Shown: positions 28,958-39,244, counted from the stretch's first letter. The stretch: DNA of 64,000 nucleotides from Bifidobacterium breve (GCA_945878865.1 CAMCUD010000007.1:80227-144226), one strand, 5' to 3'. The notes: a model not told the origin generated them from the letters alone. Numbers and translations are program-made.

Positions 28958-31090
28958 GTGCCCCAGATGCTCTACCAGGACGCCGCGGAGCGCGAGCGGA
29001 TGTACGACGTCATGTCGCGGCTGCGGGTGCCGTACACGCTCGCGCTGGCCGCGTTCATCGTCCCGGCGATCTTCGCGATCCCGGTCTATGGCTGGGTCTG
29101 TGAGCTCCCGCTCGCCGTGGCGGTCGCGGTGTTCGCCGCCGCGATCCTGCGCGCCCGGCGGTCGCGGCGCCACCCCGAACGCTGGATCGTCGGCGCGTAC
29201 GCGTGCGCCTCCGTGATGATCATGGGGACGATCGCGCTGGCCGACGGGCCGAAGGAATACCTCTTCTCGCTGCCGATCATCGCGACGCTCGGCATGTCGA
29301 TGGTCGTCGGGCGGCGGATGGCCGTCCTCGGGTCGCTCGTCGTCTCGGCGATGCTCGTCGTGACCGCGCTGCTCACCGCGCGCGACACGGTGACCGACCT
29401 CCCGCCGGTCCTGATCCTCCCGGTCACGTTGATCATCATCAGTGTGCTCGCCGCGATGGCGACGTACGAGTCGGAGTTCGTGTCCCGGTCGACCGCCGTC
29501 GTCGACCCGCTGACCGGACTGCTGAACCGCGTCGCGCTGCAGACCCGCGCGACGGAGCTCGCGCTGCACGCCCGGACGGCGGGCGAGCGCGTGGCGCTGA
29601 TCGTGGTCGACCTCGATCACTTCAAGCACGTCAACGACCGGTACGGCCACGTCGTCGGCGACGCGGTCCTCGCCGAGGTCGCGCGGCGGCTGCGCACCGA
29701 GGTCGGGCCGCGCGCCGCCGTGTACCGGTTCGGCGGCGAGGAGTTCGTCGTCCTGATGAGCGGCGCCACCCGCGCGTCCGCGCTGGCGATGGCCGAGCGG
29801 CTGCGCGAAGCGGTCCGCACCGACGACATCGACGACGTCGCGGTGACGGCGTCCTTCGGGGTCGCCGCGGCGGCCGGGTCCTTCACCTTCGAAGGGCTGT
29901 TCGCGCGCGCCGACGCCGCGCTCTACACCGCGAAGGCCGCCGGCCGTGACCAGGTCCGCGTCGCCCCCGAGGACGACGCGCCCGCGCTGCCCGAGCGCCG
30001 GGCCGCACTGCCGCAGCAGGCGCCTTCGGAGGGGTGGGACGTCCGGCTGCGCGAGGCGACCGACGGCAGCTGGCTCATGCCGAACGCCATCCAGCGCGCG
30101 CACGGCGTCGACGCGCTCGAGCGGATCCGGCGCCCGAGCCAGATCAACACCGTGATCCTCGGGGCGTCGCTCGTGCTCTGCGGGTTCTGGCTGACGTGGT
30201 GGCCGCTGCTGCCCGCTGGCCTGGCCGCCGGCTTCTGGGAGCTCGTCACGCGGTACATGCCGCGGGCACGCCGGCCGGAGTATGGGTCGTTCGCGGGCAT
30301 CGCGGTGGTCATCGCGGCCAGCGGGATCGCCCTGTACGTGGCCCAGCCCGTCGCGCTGTACGGGCTCCCGATGGTGTCGTTCGCCGTCCTCGCCGGCTGC
30401 GCGGGTTTCCCCCGTCTGGGCGCGTCGCTGCTCGCCCTCATCGCGGTGATCACCACGGTCACCGTCGGGCTCCTGGGCGGGGCCGCAGAGCTCGCGGACA
30501 ACCCGGCCATCCTCGCCCTCCCCCTCGCGTACGTCGTCGCGTTCGCGCTGATCGGCTGGGGGATGGGCCGGACCACGCGCGGTCACCGCGTCGCGGCCAT
30601 CACCGACCCGCTGACGGGCGCGCTGAACCGGTCGGCGCTCGACGCACGGATCCCCGGCCTCGAGCAGCAGGGCGTCGACCAGCCGATCGGCCTGCTCGTC
30701 GCCGACCTCGACCGCTTCAAGGAGATCAACGACGAGCACGGGCATGACACCGGCGACGCCGTCCTGCGCGAGGCGGCCGAGCGGATCCGCGGCGCGCTGC
30801 GCGCGTTCGACTCCGTCTACCGGGTGGGCGGCGAGGAGTTCGTGGTGCTCCTGACCGACTCCGACGCCGCCGGGAGCGCCGACGTCGCCGCGCGGGTCGC
30901 CGCCGCCTTCCGCAGTGCGCCGCTGGCGGGCGTGCCCGTGACCGTCTCGATCGGCGTCGCGACCGCCGCCGCCGGAGACGTCTTCTCGTACGACGCGCTG
31001 TTCGCGCGCGCCGACACGGCGCTCTACCGCGCCAAGCAGGAGGGCCGCGACCGCGTCGTCAGCGACGACCCGGTCCTCGTCGCGTCCTGA
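28958..31090 (+). CDS. membrane diguanylate cyclase with duplicated [TM-GGDEF] modules
   Basis: 710 aa. Module 1 has DPLTGLLNRVAL, DLDHFKHVNDRYGH and FGGEEF. Module 2 has DPLTGALNRSAL, DLDRFKEINDEHGH and RAFD-x5-GGEEF. Each module is preceded by ~5 hydrophobic helices. Confidence 0.88.
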   Translation: MPQMLYQDAAERERMYDVMSRLRVPYTLALAAFIVPAIFAIPVYGWVCELPLAVAVAVFAAAILRARRSRRHPERWIVGAYACASVMIMGTIALADGPKEYLFSLPIIATLGMSMVVGRRMAVLGSLVVSAMLVVTALLTARDTVTDLPPVLILPVTLIIISVLAAMATYESEFVSRSTAVVDPLTGLLNRVALQTRATELALHARTAGERVALIVVDLDHFKHVNDRYGHVVGDAVLAEVARRLRTEVGPRAAVYRFGGEEFVVLMSGATRASALAMAERLREAVRTDDIDDVAVTASFGVAAAAGSFTFEGLFARADAALYTAKAAGRDQVRVAPEDDAPALPERRAALPQQAPSEGWDVRLREATDGSWLMPNAIQRAHGVDALERIRRPSQINTVILGASLVLCGFWLTWWPLLPAGLAAGFWELVTRYMPRARRPEYGSFAGIAVVIAASGIALYVAQPVALYGLPMVSFAVLAGCAGFPRLGASLLALIAVITTVTVGLLGGAAELADNPAILALPLAYVVAFALIGWGMGRTTRGHRVAAITDPLTGALNRSALDARIPGLEQQGVDQPIGLLVADLDRFKEINDEHGHDTGDAVLREAAERIRGALRAFDSVYRVGGEEFVVLLTDSDAAGSADVAARVAAAFRSAPLAGVPVTVSIGVATAAAGDVFSYDALFARADTALYRAKQEGRDRVVSDDPVLVAS

Positions 31091-31160
31091 GCCCGACGCT
31101 CGGCCAGCATCGGCCCGGAAACTGGCGTCCCGGCGAGCCCGCGCCGATGTTCGACGCGGC

Positions 31161-33194
31161 ATGTCACGCCTCGTCTACCACGACGCCGCCGAGCGGGAGA
31201 GGATGTACGACCTCCTCGAGCGGATGCGCCTGCCGTTCGGGCTGGCGCTCGGGGTCCTGATCTTCCCGGCCATCGCGGCCGTGCCGGTCTACGGGTGGGT
31301 GTGCGAGCTGCCGCTCGTCCTCGCGGTCCTGGGGTACGGCATCAACGAGCGGCGGATGCGCAGCCTCCGGCACCCGGAGCGCTGGACCATCGGCACGTGG
31401 GCGTTCGCGGAGCTCATGATCCTGCTGATGATCGCGCTCGCCGACGGTCCGCGGCAGTATCTCCTGGCCGTCCCGCTGGTCCCCATGGTCGGCGTCATGA
31501 TGGTGATGGGGCGGCGGATCGCCCTGGCGTGCGCCTCCGGCCTGGCGCTCGGCGTGTGCGCGGTGGCGGCGCTGACGATGTGGGACGAGGTCGTCGCCTC
31601 GCCCCCGGTCCTCATCGCCCCGGTGGCGCTCATCTTCGCCGGCGTGTTCGTCTCGATGGGCGCGCTCGACGGGACCTTCGTCTCGCGGCGCACCGAGGCG
31701 ATCGACCCGCTGACCGGGCTGCTCAACCGCGTCGCGCTGCAGACGCGCACGACCGAGCTCGCCGCGCAGGCCCGTGCGGCGGGAGAGCGGGTGGCGCTCA
31801 TCGTCGTCGAGCTGGACGAGTTCCGCGCGATCCGCGCCCAGCACGGCGCAGCCACCGCGGACGCCGTCCTCGCGGAGGCCGGCCGGCGCCTGCGGACGGA
31901 GGCCGGGTCGGGGATCGTCTCGCGCTTCGACGGCGCGACGTTCGTCGTGCTGTGCCCCGGCGCGACCCGCGTCGCGGCAATCGCGAACGCCGACCGTCTC
32001 CGCGACGCGGTCGCGGCGTCGCCGATCGACGACGTCACGATCACCGCGTCGCTGGGCATCTCGGTGTATCGCGGCGGGGCGTTCAACTTCGCCGAGCTGT
32101 TCGCCCGGGGCGTCGCGGCGGCGTCCGCAGCGCGTGACGCGGGCGGCGACCGGATCTGCCTGGCGCCTGACGACACCATCGCCGTCCTGCCCGCGGGCGA
32201 GCTGCCCGCCGCCACCGGGCTGCGTGCCGATGCCGACTGGGCCGACCGCCTCCGCGCGGCCACCGATCGCAGCCTGCTCATGCGCGACGCGATCGACCGC
32301 GCGCATGCGGTGGACGCGCTGGCCCGCACCCAGCCGCTCGTCCGGGCGGCCGGCGTGGTCCTCGGCGTCGCCCTGGCCCTCAACGCGATCTGGGCCGGGT
32401 GGATCATCCTCGTCCCCGGTGTCGTCGGCGTGGTCGCGTGGGAGCTGCTCGCGCGATGGGCCCCGCACTCGCGCCGGCCCGAGTACCCCGCGTTCGCCGG
32501 CCTGGCCACCATCATCGTCACCACCGGCGCGTCGGCCGCCCTCGCCGGGCCGATCGGGCTGGTCATGGTCCCGACGGTCGCCGTCGTCGTCCTCGGCGCC
32601 TGCTCGGGCTTCCCGCGCATCGGGGCGGCCCTCCTCGGCGCCTTGGGGTTCGCCGTCACCGCGGCGGTCGTCCTCATCGCCGGCGCCGGGGAGATCGCCG
32701 GAAACCCGGTGATCCTCGTGCTGCCGCTGGCCTACGCCTTCGGCTTCGCGGTGATGGGCGAGACGATGGGCCGCGGCGCACGCGATCACCGCGCTTCCAC
32801 GATCATCGACCCCGCGACCGGCATGCTCAACTACGCGGCGCTCGACGCCCGGATCCCCGCGCTGGAGCAGCTCGCCGTCGATCACGCCATCGGGCTCGTC
32901 CTGCTCGCCGTCGATCCGGACGATGAGGAGGCGGCGGCCGGCCGGCTGCTCGCCGCGCAGGGGGCGTTCGTCCCCGCCTACCGCCTCGGCGGGGGCGAGT
33001 TCGCCGTCCTCACCACGGGGGGCGAGCGGGCGCTCGCCAGGACGGCCGAGCGGCTGGCCTCCGCGGTGCGCGCGACGGCGGCGGGCACCGCCTCGGTCCC
33101 GGCCGGCGACGTCTGCTCGTTCGACGCGCTCATGGCGGAGGCCTCGGCCTCACAGCGCGAGACGGCGCGGCGCGGCACCACGGCCGCCGCCTGA
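31161..33194 (+). CDS. paralog of the preceding gene with degenerate GGDEF modules
   Basis: 677 aa. The N-terminus is collinear with the neighbour (YHDAAERERMYD, VPVYGWVCELPL, DPLTGLLNRVALQTR). The active-site positions read ELDEFRAIRAQHG and SRFDGATF in module 1. Module 2 is shortened and reads GGGEF. Confidence 0.85.
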   Translation: MSRLVYHDAAERERMYDLLERMRLPFGLALGVLIFPAIAAVPVYGWVCELPLVLAVLGYGINERRMRSLRHPERWTIGTWAFAELMILLMIALADGPRQYLLAVPLVPMVGVMMVMGRRIALACASGLALGVCAVAALTMWDEVVASPPVLIAPVALIFAGVFVSMGALDGTFVSRRTEAIDPLTGLLNRVALQTRTTELAAQARAAGERVALIVVELDEFRAIRAQHGAATADAVLAEAGRRLRTEAGSGIVSRFDGATFVVLCPGATRVAAIANADRLRDAVAASPIDDVTITASLGISVYRGGAFNFAELFARGVAAASAARDAGGDRICLAPDDTIAVLPAGELPAATGLRADADWADRLRAATDRSLLMRDAIDRAHAVDALARTQPLVRAAGVVLGVALALNAIWAGWIILVPGVVGVVAWELLARWAPHSRRPEYPAFAGLATIIVTTGASAALAGPIGLVMVPTVAVVVLGACSGFPRIGAALLGALGFAVTAAVVLIAGAGEIAGNPVILVLPLAYAFGFAVMGETMGRGARDHRASTIIDPATGMLNYAALDARIPALEQLAVDHAIGLVLLAVDPDDEEAAAGRLLAAQGAFVPAYRLGGGEFAVLTTGGERALARTAERLASAVRATAAGTASVPAGDVCSFDALMAEASASQRETARRGTTAAA

Positions 33195-33198
33195 CGGC

Positions 33199-33570
33199 TC
33201 AGTCGCCGACGGCGCGCTTGGGGACTTCGCCCCAGAGCTGCTCGAGGCGGTAGTACTCGCGCGCGTCCGGCGTGAAGATGTGGACGACGACGTCGAGGTA
33301 GTCCATCAGCACCCACCGCGACTCGGTGAGGCCCTCAACGCGGCGCGGGAGGATCCCGTACTCGTCCTTCAGGCCGCGATGGATCCCGTCGTGGATCGCC
33401 TTGACCTGCCGCTCGGTATTGCCGGTCGCGACGACGAAGTAGTCGGTGTAGCCCAGCACCTCGCGGACCTGCAGCTCGACGAGGTCGATCGCCTTGCGGT
33501 CAGAGGCCAGCTGCGCGATCGCGTGCGCGAGCTGCTCGGGCGTGAGCTGGGTGGCGGCCTGGTCGGTCAT
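33199..33570 (-). CDS. rsfS: ribosome silencing factor RsfS (iojap)
   Basis: 123 aa with YTDYFVVATGNTERQVKAI and WVLMDYLDVVVHIF. Confidence 0.93.
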   Translation of the reverse strand: MTDQAATQLTPEQLAHAIAQLASDRKAIDLVELQVREVLGYTDYFVVATGNTERQVKAIHDGIHRGLKDEYGILPRRVEGLTESRWVLMDYLDVVVHIFTPDAREYYRLEQLWGEVPKRAVGD

Positions 33571-33592
33571 CTGCAGTGAACGGTAGCGCCGC

Positions 33593-34195
33593 CTACCGCC
33601 GGTACAGGCCCAGCTCGGCGATCCTGGCCGCCACGGGCTCGGGCACGAGGTAGCGGATCGCTCGCCCGTCGGCGACGCGGCGGCGCAGCTCGGACGAGGA
33701 GAGGTCGAGCCGCGGCATCACGAAGAAGTCGATGCGATCCTGGACGTCGCCGAGCTCGGACGTCAGGCGCTCGACGATGTCCTGGCGCGCGACACCCGAG
33801 CGCTCGGCGACCGCGAGCCGGGCGCGCTGCAGGATCTCCGCGGGCTCGAACCACGTCGGCAGGCTGAGCGCCATGTCCCCGCCGACGATGAACGTCAGCT
33901 GCGCGCCGGGATGGGCCTCCGCGAGCGCCCGCAGCGTCTCCACGGTGTAGGAGCGCCCACCCCGCTCCAGCTCGATCCGCGAGACGGCCAACCGGTCGTC
34001 ACCGGCCACCGCGAGGTCACACAGGGCGGCGCGGACCTCCGGGCCCGGGTCGTCCGGAACCTCCTTGTGCGGCGGCTCGTGCGCGGGCACGAGCAGCACC
34101 CGGTCGAGGCCGAGCTGGTCGGCCGCCTCGCTCGCGCACAGCAGGTGCGCGAGGTGCGGCGGGTTGAACGTCCCCCCGAGGACGCCGAGGCGCAT
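33593..34195 (-). CDS. nadD: nicotinate-nucleotide adenylyltransferase
   Basis: 200 aa with LGGTFNPPHLAHL at the N-terminus. Confidence 0.92.
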   Translation of the reverse strand: MRLGVLGGTFNPPHLAHLLCASEAADQLGLDRVLLVPAHEPPHKEVPDDPGPEVRAALCDLAVAGDDRLAVSRIELERGGRSYTVETLRALAEAHPGAQLTFIVGGDMALSLPTWFEPAEILQRARLAVAERSGVARQDIVERLTSELGDVQDRIDFFVMPRLDLSSSELRRRVADGRAIRYLVPEPVAARIAELGLYRR

Positions 34196-34207
34196 GATCC
34201 CGAGCGG

Positions 34208-35479
34208 CTAGGCGCGGATGTGGCCGTCGCCGGAGACGACGTACTTGAAGGTGCAGAGCTCGCGCACCCCGATCGGCCCGCGCGCGTGGAGCTTCTGCGT
34301 CGAGTTGCCGATCTCCGCGCCCATCCCGAACTCGCCGCCGTCCGTGAACCGCGTCGAGGCGTTGATGTACACGCAGGCCGCGTCGACACCCCGCTCGAAC
34401 GCCCGGGCGATCTCGGTGTCCCGGGTCACGATCGCCTCGCTGTGCCCGGAACCGTGCCTATTGATGTGCTCGATCGCTCCCAGCGCCGAATCGACGATGC
34501 CGACCGCGAGGACCGGCGCGAGGAACTCGATGTCCCAGTCGTCGTCGGTGGCGTCGACCGTCTCGATACCCGCGGCCGCAGCGAACGTCTTCGTCCGCGC
34601 GTCGACGCGCAACTCGACCCCGGCGTCGGCGAGGGCCCCCAGCGCAGCCGGGAGGAACGCGGGCGCGGCCTCGGCGTGCACGAGCAGCGTCTCGGCGGCG
34701 TTGCAGACGCCGGTGCGCTGCGTCTTGGCGTTGAGGATGATCGCCTGCGCCTGCGCGAGATCGGCCGTCGCGTCGACGAAGACGTGGCAGTTGCCGCTCG
34801 CCGCGTAGATGACCGGCACCGTGGCGACGGCCTGCAGCGCGGCCTTCAGGCCTTCGCCGCCGCGCGGGAAGATGAGGTCGACGAGCTCGTCCTGCGTGGC
34901 GAGGTCGGCGAGCTCCTCGCGCCCACCGCCGGCGACCAGGCCGATCGCGCCGTCGGGGATGCCTGCGGCGGCCGCAGCCTCGGCGGCGATGCTCGACAGG
35001 ACGGCGTTGGAGTGCGCGGCGCTCGAGCTGCCGCGCAGCACGACGGCGTTGCCCGACTTCAGGCACAGCGCGGCGGCGTCGATCGTCACGTTCGGGCGCG
35101 CCTCATAGACGACTGCGACCACGCCGAACGGCACGGCCGTCTTGCGGACGTCCAGGCCGTTGGGCAGACGGCGGCCCTCCAGGACCTCCCCCACCGGATC
35201 GGGCAGCGCGACGATCGCGCGGGTGCCGTCGGCGATGGCGGCGATGCGATCGGCGTCAAGCGCCAGACGATCCATGAGCGCGTCGGAAAGCCCGCTCTCG
35301 CGGCCGGCCTCCAGGTCGCGCGCGTTCGCCTCGATGATCTCGTCGGTGCGCGCGATCAGTGCGTCGGCGATCGCGGTGAGCGCGGCGTTCTTCGTGGCGG
35401 TGTCGAGCGCGGCCAGCGTGCGCGACGCCTCGCGGGCGCGCAGGCAGACCTCGGTGACGGACGTGGTGACCGTGGCCAT
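34208..35479 (-). CDS. proA: glutamate-5-semialdehyde dehydrogenase
   Basis: 423 aa of the aldehyde dehydrogenase-type ProA family (AIEHINRHGSGHSEAIVT). Confidence 0.95.
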   Translation of the reverse strand: MATVTTSVTEVCLRAREASRTLAALDTATKNAALTAIADALIARTDEIIEANARDLEAGRESGLSDALMDRLALDADRIAAIADGTRAIVALPDPVGEVLEGRRLPNGLDVRKTAVPFGVVAVVYEARPNVTIDAAALCLKSGNAVVLRGSSSAAHSNAVLSSIAAEAAAAAGIPDGAIGLVAGGGREELADLATQDELVDLIFPRGGEGLKAALQAVATVPVIYAASGNCHVFVDATADLAQAQAIILNAKTQRTGVCNAAETLLVHAEAAPAFLPAALGALADAGVELRVDARTKTFAAAAGIETVDATDDDWDIEFLAPVLAVGIVDSALGAIEHINRHGSGHSEAIVTRDTEIARAFERGVDAACVYINASTRFTDGGEFGMGAEIGNSTQKLHARGPIGVRELCTFKYVVSGDGHIRA

Positions 35480-35496
35480 AAGGCCACAGAGAGTAG

Positions 35497-36600
35497 CTAC
35501 GCCAGGACGAAGTAGTCCCGGTGCACGGCCTCTTCCGTCGCCCGCGGGAACACCTCGCGCACCTGCGGCGACTTCAGGCCGATGATGCGCCGCAGCTCCC
35601 CTGACGCGTAGTTCGTGATCCCCTTGCCGACGAGCCCGCCGCCGTGGGCGATCTCGATCGCGTCGCCGACCTCGAAGTCGCCATCGACCGCGGTGATGCC
35701 GACGGGCAGCAGCGACGTGCCGCCCTCGCGCAGCGCCCTCGCCGCGCCCGAGTCGACGAGCACCGTGCCGTGCGACGGCTTGGCGTACTTCAGCCAGAGC
35801 TTGAAGGACGTGTAGCCGGTCTGCCGGGCGGGGAACCGGGTGCCCTCGCGCTCGCCGTCGAGCACGCGCCGCAACGCCCCCTCACGGCGGCCGCTGCAGA
35901 TCACGGTGTCGATCCCCGCCGCCGTCGCCATCTCGGCGGCGACGACCTTCGAGCGCATGCCGCCGGTGCCGAGCGAGCTCGTCTCGTGGCCGATCTCCAG
36001 CTCGTCGAGCACGGCGTAGTCGGTGACCTCCTCGACCATCCGGGCGCTCGGATCGCTGCGCGGGTCGGCGGTGAAGACGCCGTCGGGCGTCGTCAGCAGC
36101 GCGAGCTGGTCGGCCTCGACGAGGATCGCGACCTGCGCGGCGAGGAAGTCGTTGTCGCCGAAGCTGATCTCGTCCGTCGCGGTCGTGTCGTTCTCGTTGA
36201 TGACGGGGACGACCCGCCAGTCCAGGAGCCGCCGCAGCGTGTTGCGCGCGTTGAGGTAGTGCCCGCGCGCGCTCATGTCGAAGAACGTCAGCAGCACCTG
36301 GGCGCTCGTGACGCCGCGGTCGCGCAGCAGCTCATCGTAGACGCGGTAGAGCTTGCCCTGCCCCACCGCGCTGGCCGCCTGCAGGTCTTCGATCGCGGTC
36401 GGCCGGTCTGCCGCGCCCTCGCCCGGGCGCATGATCCTCAGGCCGTGCGCGATCGCGCCGCTGGAGACGATCACGACGTCGTCACCAGCGGCGTGGCGGC
36501 GAGCGACCTCGTCGGCCAGGCGCGAGAGGACGTCGTCGCGCAGCGACCCGTCGTCGTGGGCGACGATCGACGATCCGAGCTTGATGACGTGGCGGGCCAT
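35497..36600 (-). CDS. proB: glutamate 5-kinase (with PUA domain)
   Basis: 367 aa from ATG 36600 (MARHVIKLGSS) with VVPVINENDTTATDEISFGDND. Confidence 0.95.
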   Translation of the reverse strand: MARHVIKLGSSIVAHDDGSLRDDVLSRLADEVARRHAAGDDVVIVSSGAIAHGLRIMRPGEGAADRPTAIEDLQAASAVGQGKLYRVYDELLRDRGVTSAQVLLTFFDMSARGHYLNARNTLRRLLDWRVVPVINENDTTATDEISFGDNDFLAAQVAILVEADQLALLTTPDGVFTADPRSDPSARMVEEVTDYAVLDELEIGHETSSLGTGGMRSKVVAAEMATAAGIDTVICSGRREGALRRVLDGEREGTRFPARQTGYTSFKLWLKYAKPSHGTVLVDSGAARALREGGTSLLPVGITAVDGDFEVGDAIEIAHGGGLVGKGITNYASGELRRIIGLKSPQVREVFPRATEEAVHRDYFVLA

Positions 36601-36703
36601 GTGCGCGGCAAGCGTAGAGGCCGCGGCGAAGTGGTGTCCGGCCACACTCCCTGGTCGGCTGGCCAACTAGGATCCGCCGCCCGAACGAGAACATGGAGGC
36701 GGA

Positions 36704-37465
36704 ATGGACGTACAGGGTGCAGGCGCGGCGGTCTTCGGCGGCGCCTCTGGGCTGGGTGCAGCGACGGCCCGGCGGCTGGCCGAGGACGGCGCGAAGGTCG
36801 TCGTCGCCGACCTGAACACCGAGCGCGGCGAGGCGCTCGCCGACGAGATCGGCGGCGGGTTCGTCCAGGTCGACGTGCGCGACGAGGACCAGGTCAAGGC
36901 GGCGATTGACGCGGCCTCCGATATCGAGGGCGGCCTGCGCGTCGCGGTCAGCTGCGCGGGCATCGGCACGCCGGCCAAGCTCATCGGCAAGGAGGGCGCC
37001 GCCCCGCTGCAGGGCTTCAAGGACATCATCGAGGTCAACCTCCTCGGCACGATCAACGTCCTGCGCCACGGCGCCGCCGCGATGGCGGGCAACACGCCGA
37101 ACGAGCACGGCGAGAAGGGCGTCCTCATCAACACCGCCTCGGTCGCCGCGTACGACGGCCAGATCGGCCAGGTCGCCTACTCGGCGTCGAAGGGCGGCAT
37201 CGTCGGCCTGACCCTGCCGGCCGCGCGCGACCTCTCGCGCGACGGCATCCGCGTCGTCACGATCGCGCCGGGGCTGTTCAACACGCCGCTGCTCGCGTCG
37301 CTGCCCGAGCCCGCCAAGGAGGCGCTGGGCAAGAGCGTCCCGTTCCCGCCGCGTCTGGGCGAGCCGAGCGAGTACGCCGATCTCGCCGCGCACATCGTCA
37401 GCAACCCGATCCTCAACGGCGAGGTGATCAGGCTCGACGGGGCGCTGCGGATGGCGCCGAGGTGA
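36704..37465 (+). CDS. SDR family 3-hydroxyacyl-CoA dehydrogenase type-2-like oxidoreductase
   Basis: 253 aa with [16 protein letters not shown] (YxxxK) and a GGAGG RBS. Confidence 0.85.
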   Translation: MDVQGAGAAVFGGASGLGAATARRLAEDGAKVVVADLNTERGEALADEIGGGFVQVDVRDEDQVKAAIDAASDIEGGLRVAVSCAGIGTPAKLIGKEGAAPLQGFKDIIEVNLLGTINVLRHGAAAMAGNTPNEHGEKGVLINTASVAAYDGQIGQVAYSASKGGIVGLTLPAARDLSRDGIRVVTIAPGLFNTPLLASLPEPAKEALGKSVPFPPRLGEPSEYADLAAHIVSNPILNGEVIRLDGALRMAPR

Positions 37466-37511
37466 CGTCGCCGGGAGGTCGGAGCTTGCGACGACCGAAC
37501 GGCGAAACACT

Positions 37512-38708
37512 ATGACCGTGTCCGGCCCCGCCCTCCCCCGCCGCCTCGTCGTCGTCATGGCGATCGGCTGCGGCGCAGCCGTGGCGAACAACTACTACGG
37601 CCAGCCGCTGCTCGACGTCATCGCCGACACGTTCGGCGTCGCCCCCAGCGTCGCCGGTCTGATCGTCACGGCCGGCCAGCTGGGCTACGCGGCGGGCCTG
37701 CTGTTCCTCGTGCCGCTCGGGGACCTCCTCGAGCGGCGCGGGCTCATCCTCTCGCTGCTGCTGGCGACCGTGCTCGCGCTGGCGGTCACGGCGGCCGCGC
37801 CGTCGCTGGCGGTGCTCGCGGGGGCGCTCGCGATCGTGGGCATCGCGACGACCGTCTCGCAGATCCTGCTCCCGCTCGCCGCGACGCTCGCGGCCGACCA
37901 CGAGCGAGGCACCGTCGTCGGGATCGTCATGAGCGGCCTGCTCATCGGGATCCTCGTCGCGCGCACGGTGAGCGGGCTCGTCGCCTCACTCGGGGGCTGG
38001 CGGCTCGTCTACGCCCTCGCCGCCGTGATGATGCTCGTCCTCACCGCGGTCCTGTGGCGCATGCTGCCGACGAGCCGGCCCGATCCCGGCCACCTGCGCT
38101 ACCCCGCCCTGCTGCGGTCCATCGGCGAGCTGCTGCGCACGAGCCCGGTCCTGCGCCGGCGCATGGTCTACGGCGCGACCGGCATGGCGGGCTTCAGCGT
38201 CCTGTGGACCGCCCTGACGTTCCTGCTCTCCGACCCCCCGTACGAGTACAGCGAGGCGACCATCGGCCTGTTCGGCCTGTTCGGCCTCGCCGGAGCGCTC
38301 AGCGCCCAGGCCGCCGGGCGGCTCGGCGACCGCGGCTGGTCGAACCGGGCGACGGGCGCGTTCCTCGTCGCCACGCTCGCCGGCTGGTTCCTGCTCATGC
38401 TCGGCGACCACTCGCTGCCCGCGATCGTCGTCGGGCTCGTGCTCTTCGACCTGGGCGTGCAGGGCCAGCACATCCTCAATCAGCACCGGATCTACAGCGA
38501 GCACCCCGAGGCACGCAGCCGCGTCACCACCGCGTACATGACCGGGAACTTCACCGCGGGCGCGCTCGGCTCCGCCGGCGCGGCTTTCGCCTACGCGGCG
38601 GGCGGCTGGGCCGCGGTCAGCGCGGTCGGCATCGCAGTCGCGGTCGTCGGGGTCGCCGCCTGGGGCCAGGAGCAGCTGATCCGCCACCGCGTCGCCGCGC
38701 GGACATAG
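37512..38708 (+). CDS. MFS transporter
   Basis: 398 aa with ~12 hydrophobic helices and the MFS loop motif GDLLERRG. Confidence 0.85.
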   Translation: MTVSGPALPRRLVVVMAIGCGAAVANNYYGQPLLDVIADTFGVAPSVAGLIVTAGQLGYAAGLLFLVPLGDLLERRGLILSLLLATVLALAVTAAAPSLAVLAGALAIVGIATTVSQILLPLAATLAADHERGTVVGIVMSGLLIGILVARTVSGLVASLGGWRLVYALAAVMMLVLTAVLWRMLPTSRPDPGHLRYPALLRSIGELLRTSPVLRRRMVYGATGMAGFSVLWTALTFLLSDPPYEYSEATIGLFGLFGLAGALSAQAAGRLGDRGWSNRATGAFLVATLAGWFLLMLGDHSLPAIVVGLVLFDLGVQGQHILNQHRIYSEHPEARSRVTTAYMTGNFTAGALGSAGAAFAYAAGGWAAVSAVGIAVAVVGVAAWGQEQLIRHRVAART

Positions 38709-38719
38709 GATCGCCGGCC

Positions 38720-39238
38720 ATGGGACTCTTCGGCTCGAACAAGGACGACGATGGACCGTGGCCCGTCGAGGTGCTGACCCTCGACCACCGGATCGCCGGT
38801 GAGCTGGCGCCGGAGAGCCGCAGCATGGCGTGGACATACATGCAGAGCGACGGCCCGCCGCCCGCCGGATCGTTCGCGATCGAGGTCGCCGAGATGCTGC
38901 CGACCGGCACGCGCGCCACGCCGGCGGCCGTCGGGCGGCTCGCACACGTGCGCGACGGCTCGGGGCTCGTCGCGATCCTCCCACGCGGCGGACGCACCGA
39001 CGAGGAGTGGGACAAGCGGATCGCCGGGAAGGACCGGGCCAGCGCCACCGTCGTGGCCGGGCCCTACCACCTCACCGGCACGCTGGCGTTCGCCGGCGGC
39101 AAGGTCGAGCACGTCATGCACGACCGGGCGCTGCATCTTCTCGATGTCGCGATCACCCGCACCGACGGTGAGGGACTGACGGTCACCGCCTCACGCGCCA
39201 CGGTGTTCCAGAACCACGTCCAGGCGGTGCTCGTCTGA
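38720..39238 (+). CDS. hypothetical protein
   Basis: 172 aa from ATG 38720. GC3 is high and coding-like. No TM helix, signal peptide or recognisable motif. Confidence 0.6.
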   Translation: MGLFGSNKDDDGPWPVEVLTLDHRIAGELAPESRSMAWTYMQSDGPPPAGSFAIEVAEMLPTGTRATPAAVGRLAHVRDGSGLVAILPRGGRTDEEWDKRIAGKDRASATVVAGPYHLTGTLAFAGGKVEHVMHDRALHLLDVAITRTDGEGLTVTASRATVFQNHVQAVLV

Positions 39239-39244
39239 CCCCGC

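Noticed and set aside
25730-33194. Genomic island or prophage integrated at tRNA-Ala.
   Set aside because: The block contains no integrase, recombinase, phage or conjugation genes. By eye I found no direct repeat of the tRNA 3' end downstream. The content is ordinary accessory metabolism and signalling. I could not run an exhaustive repeat search.
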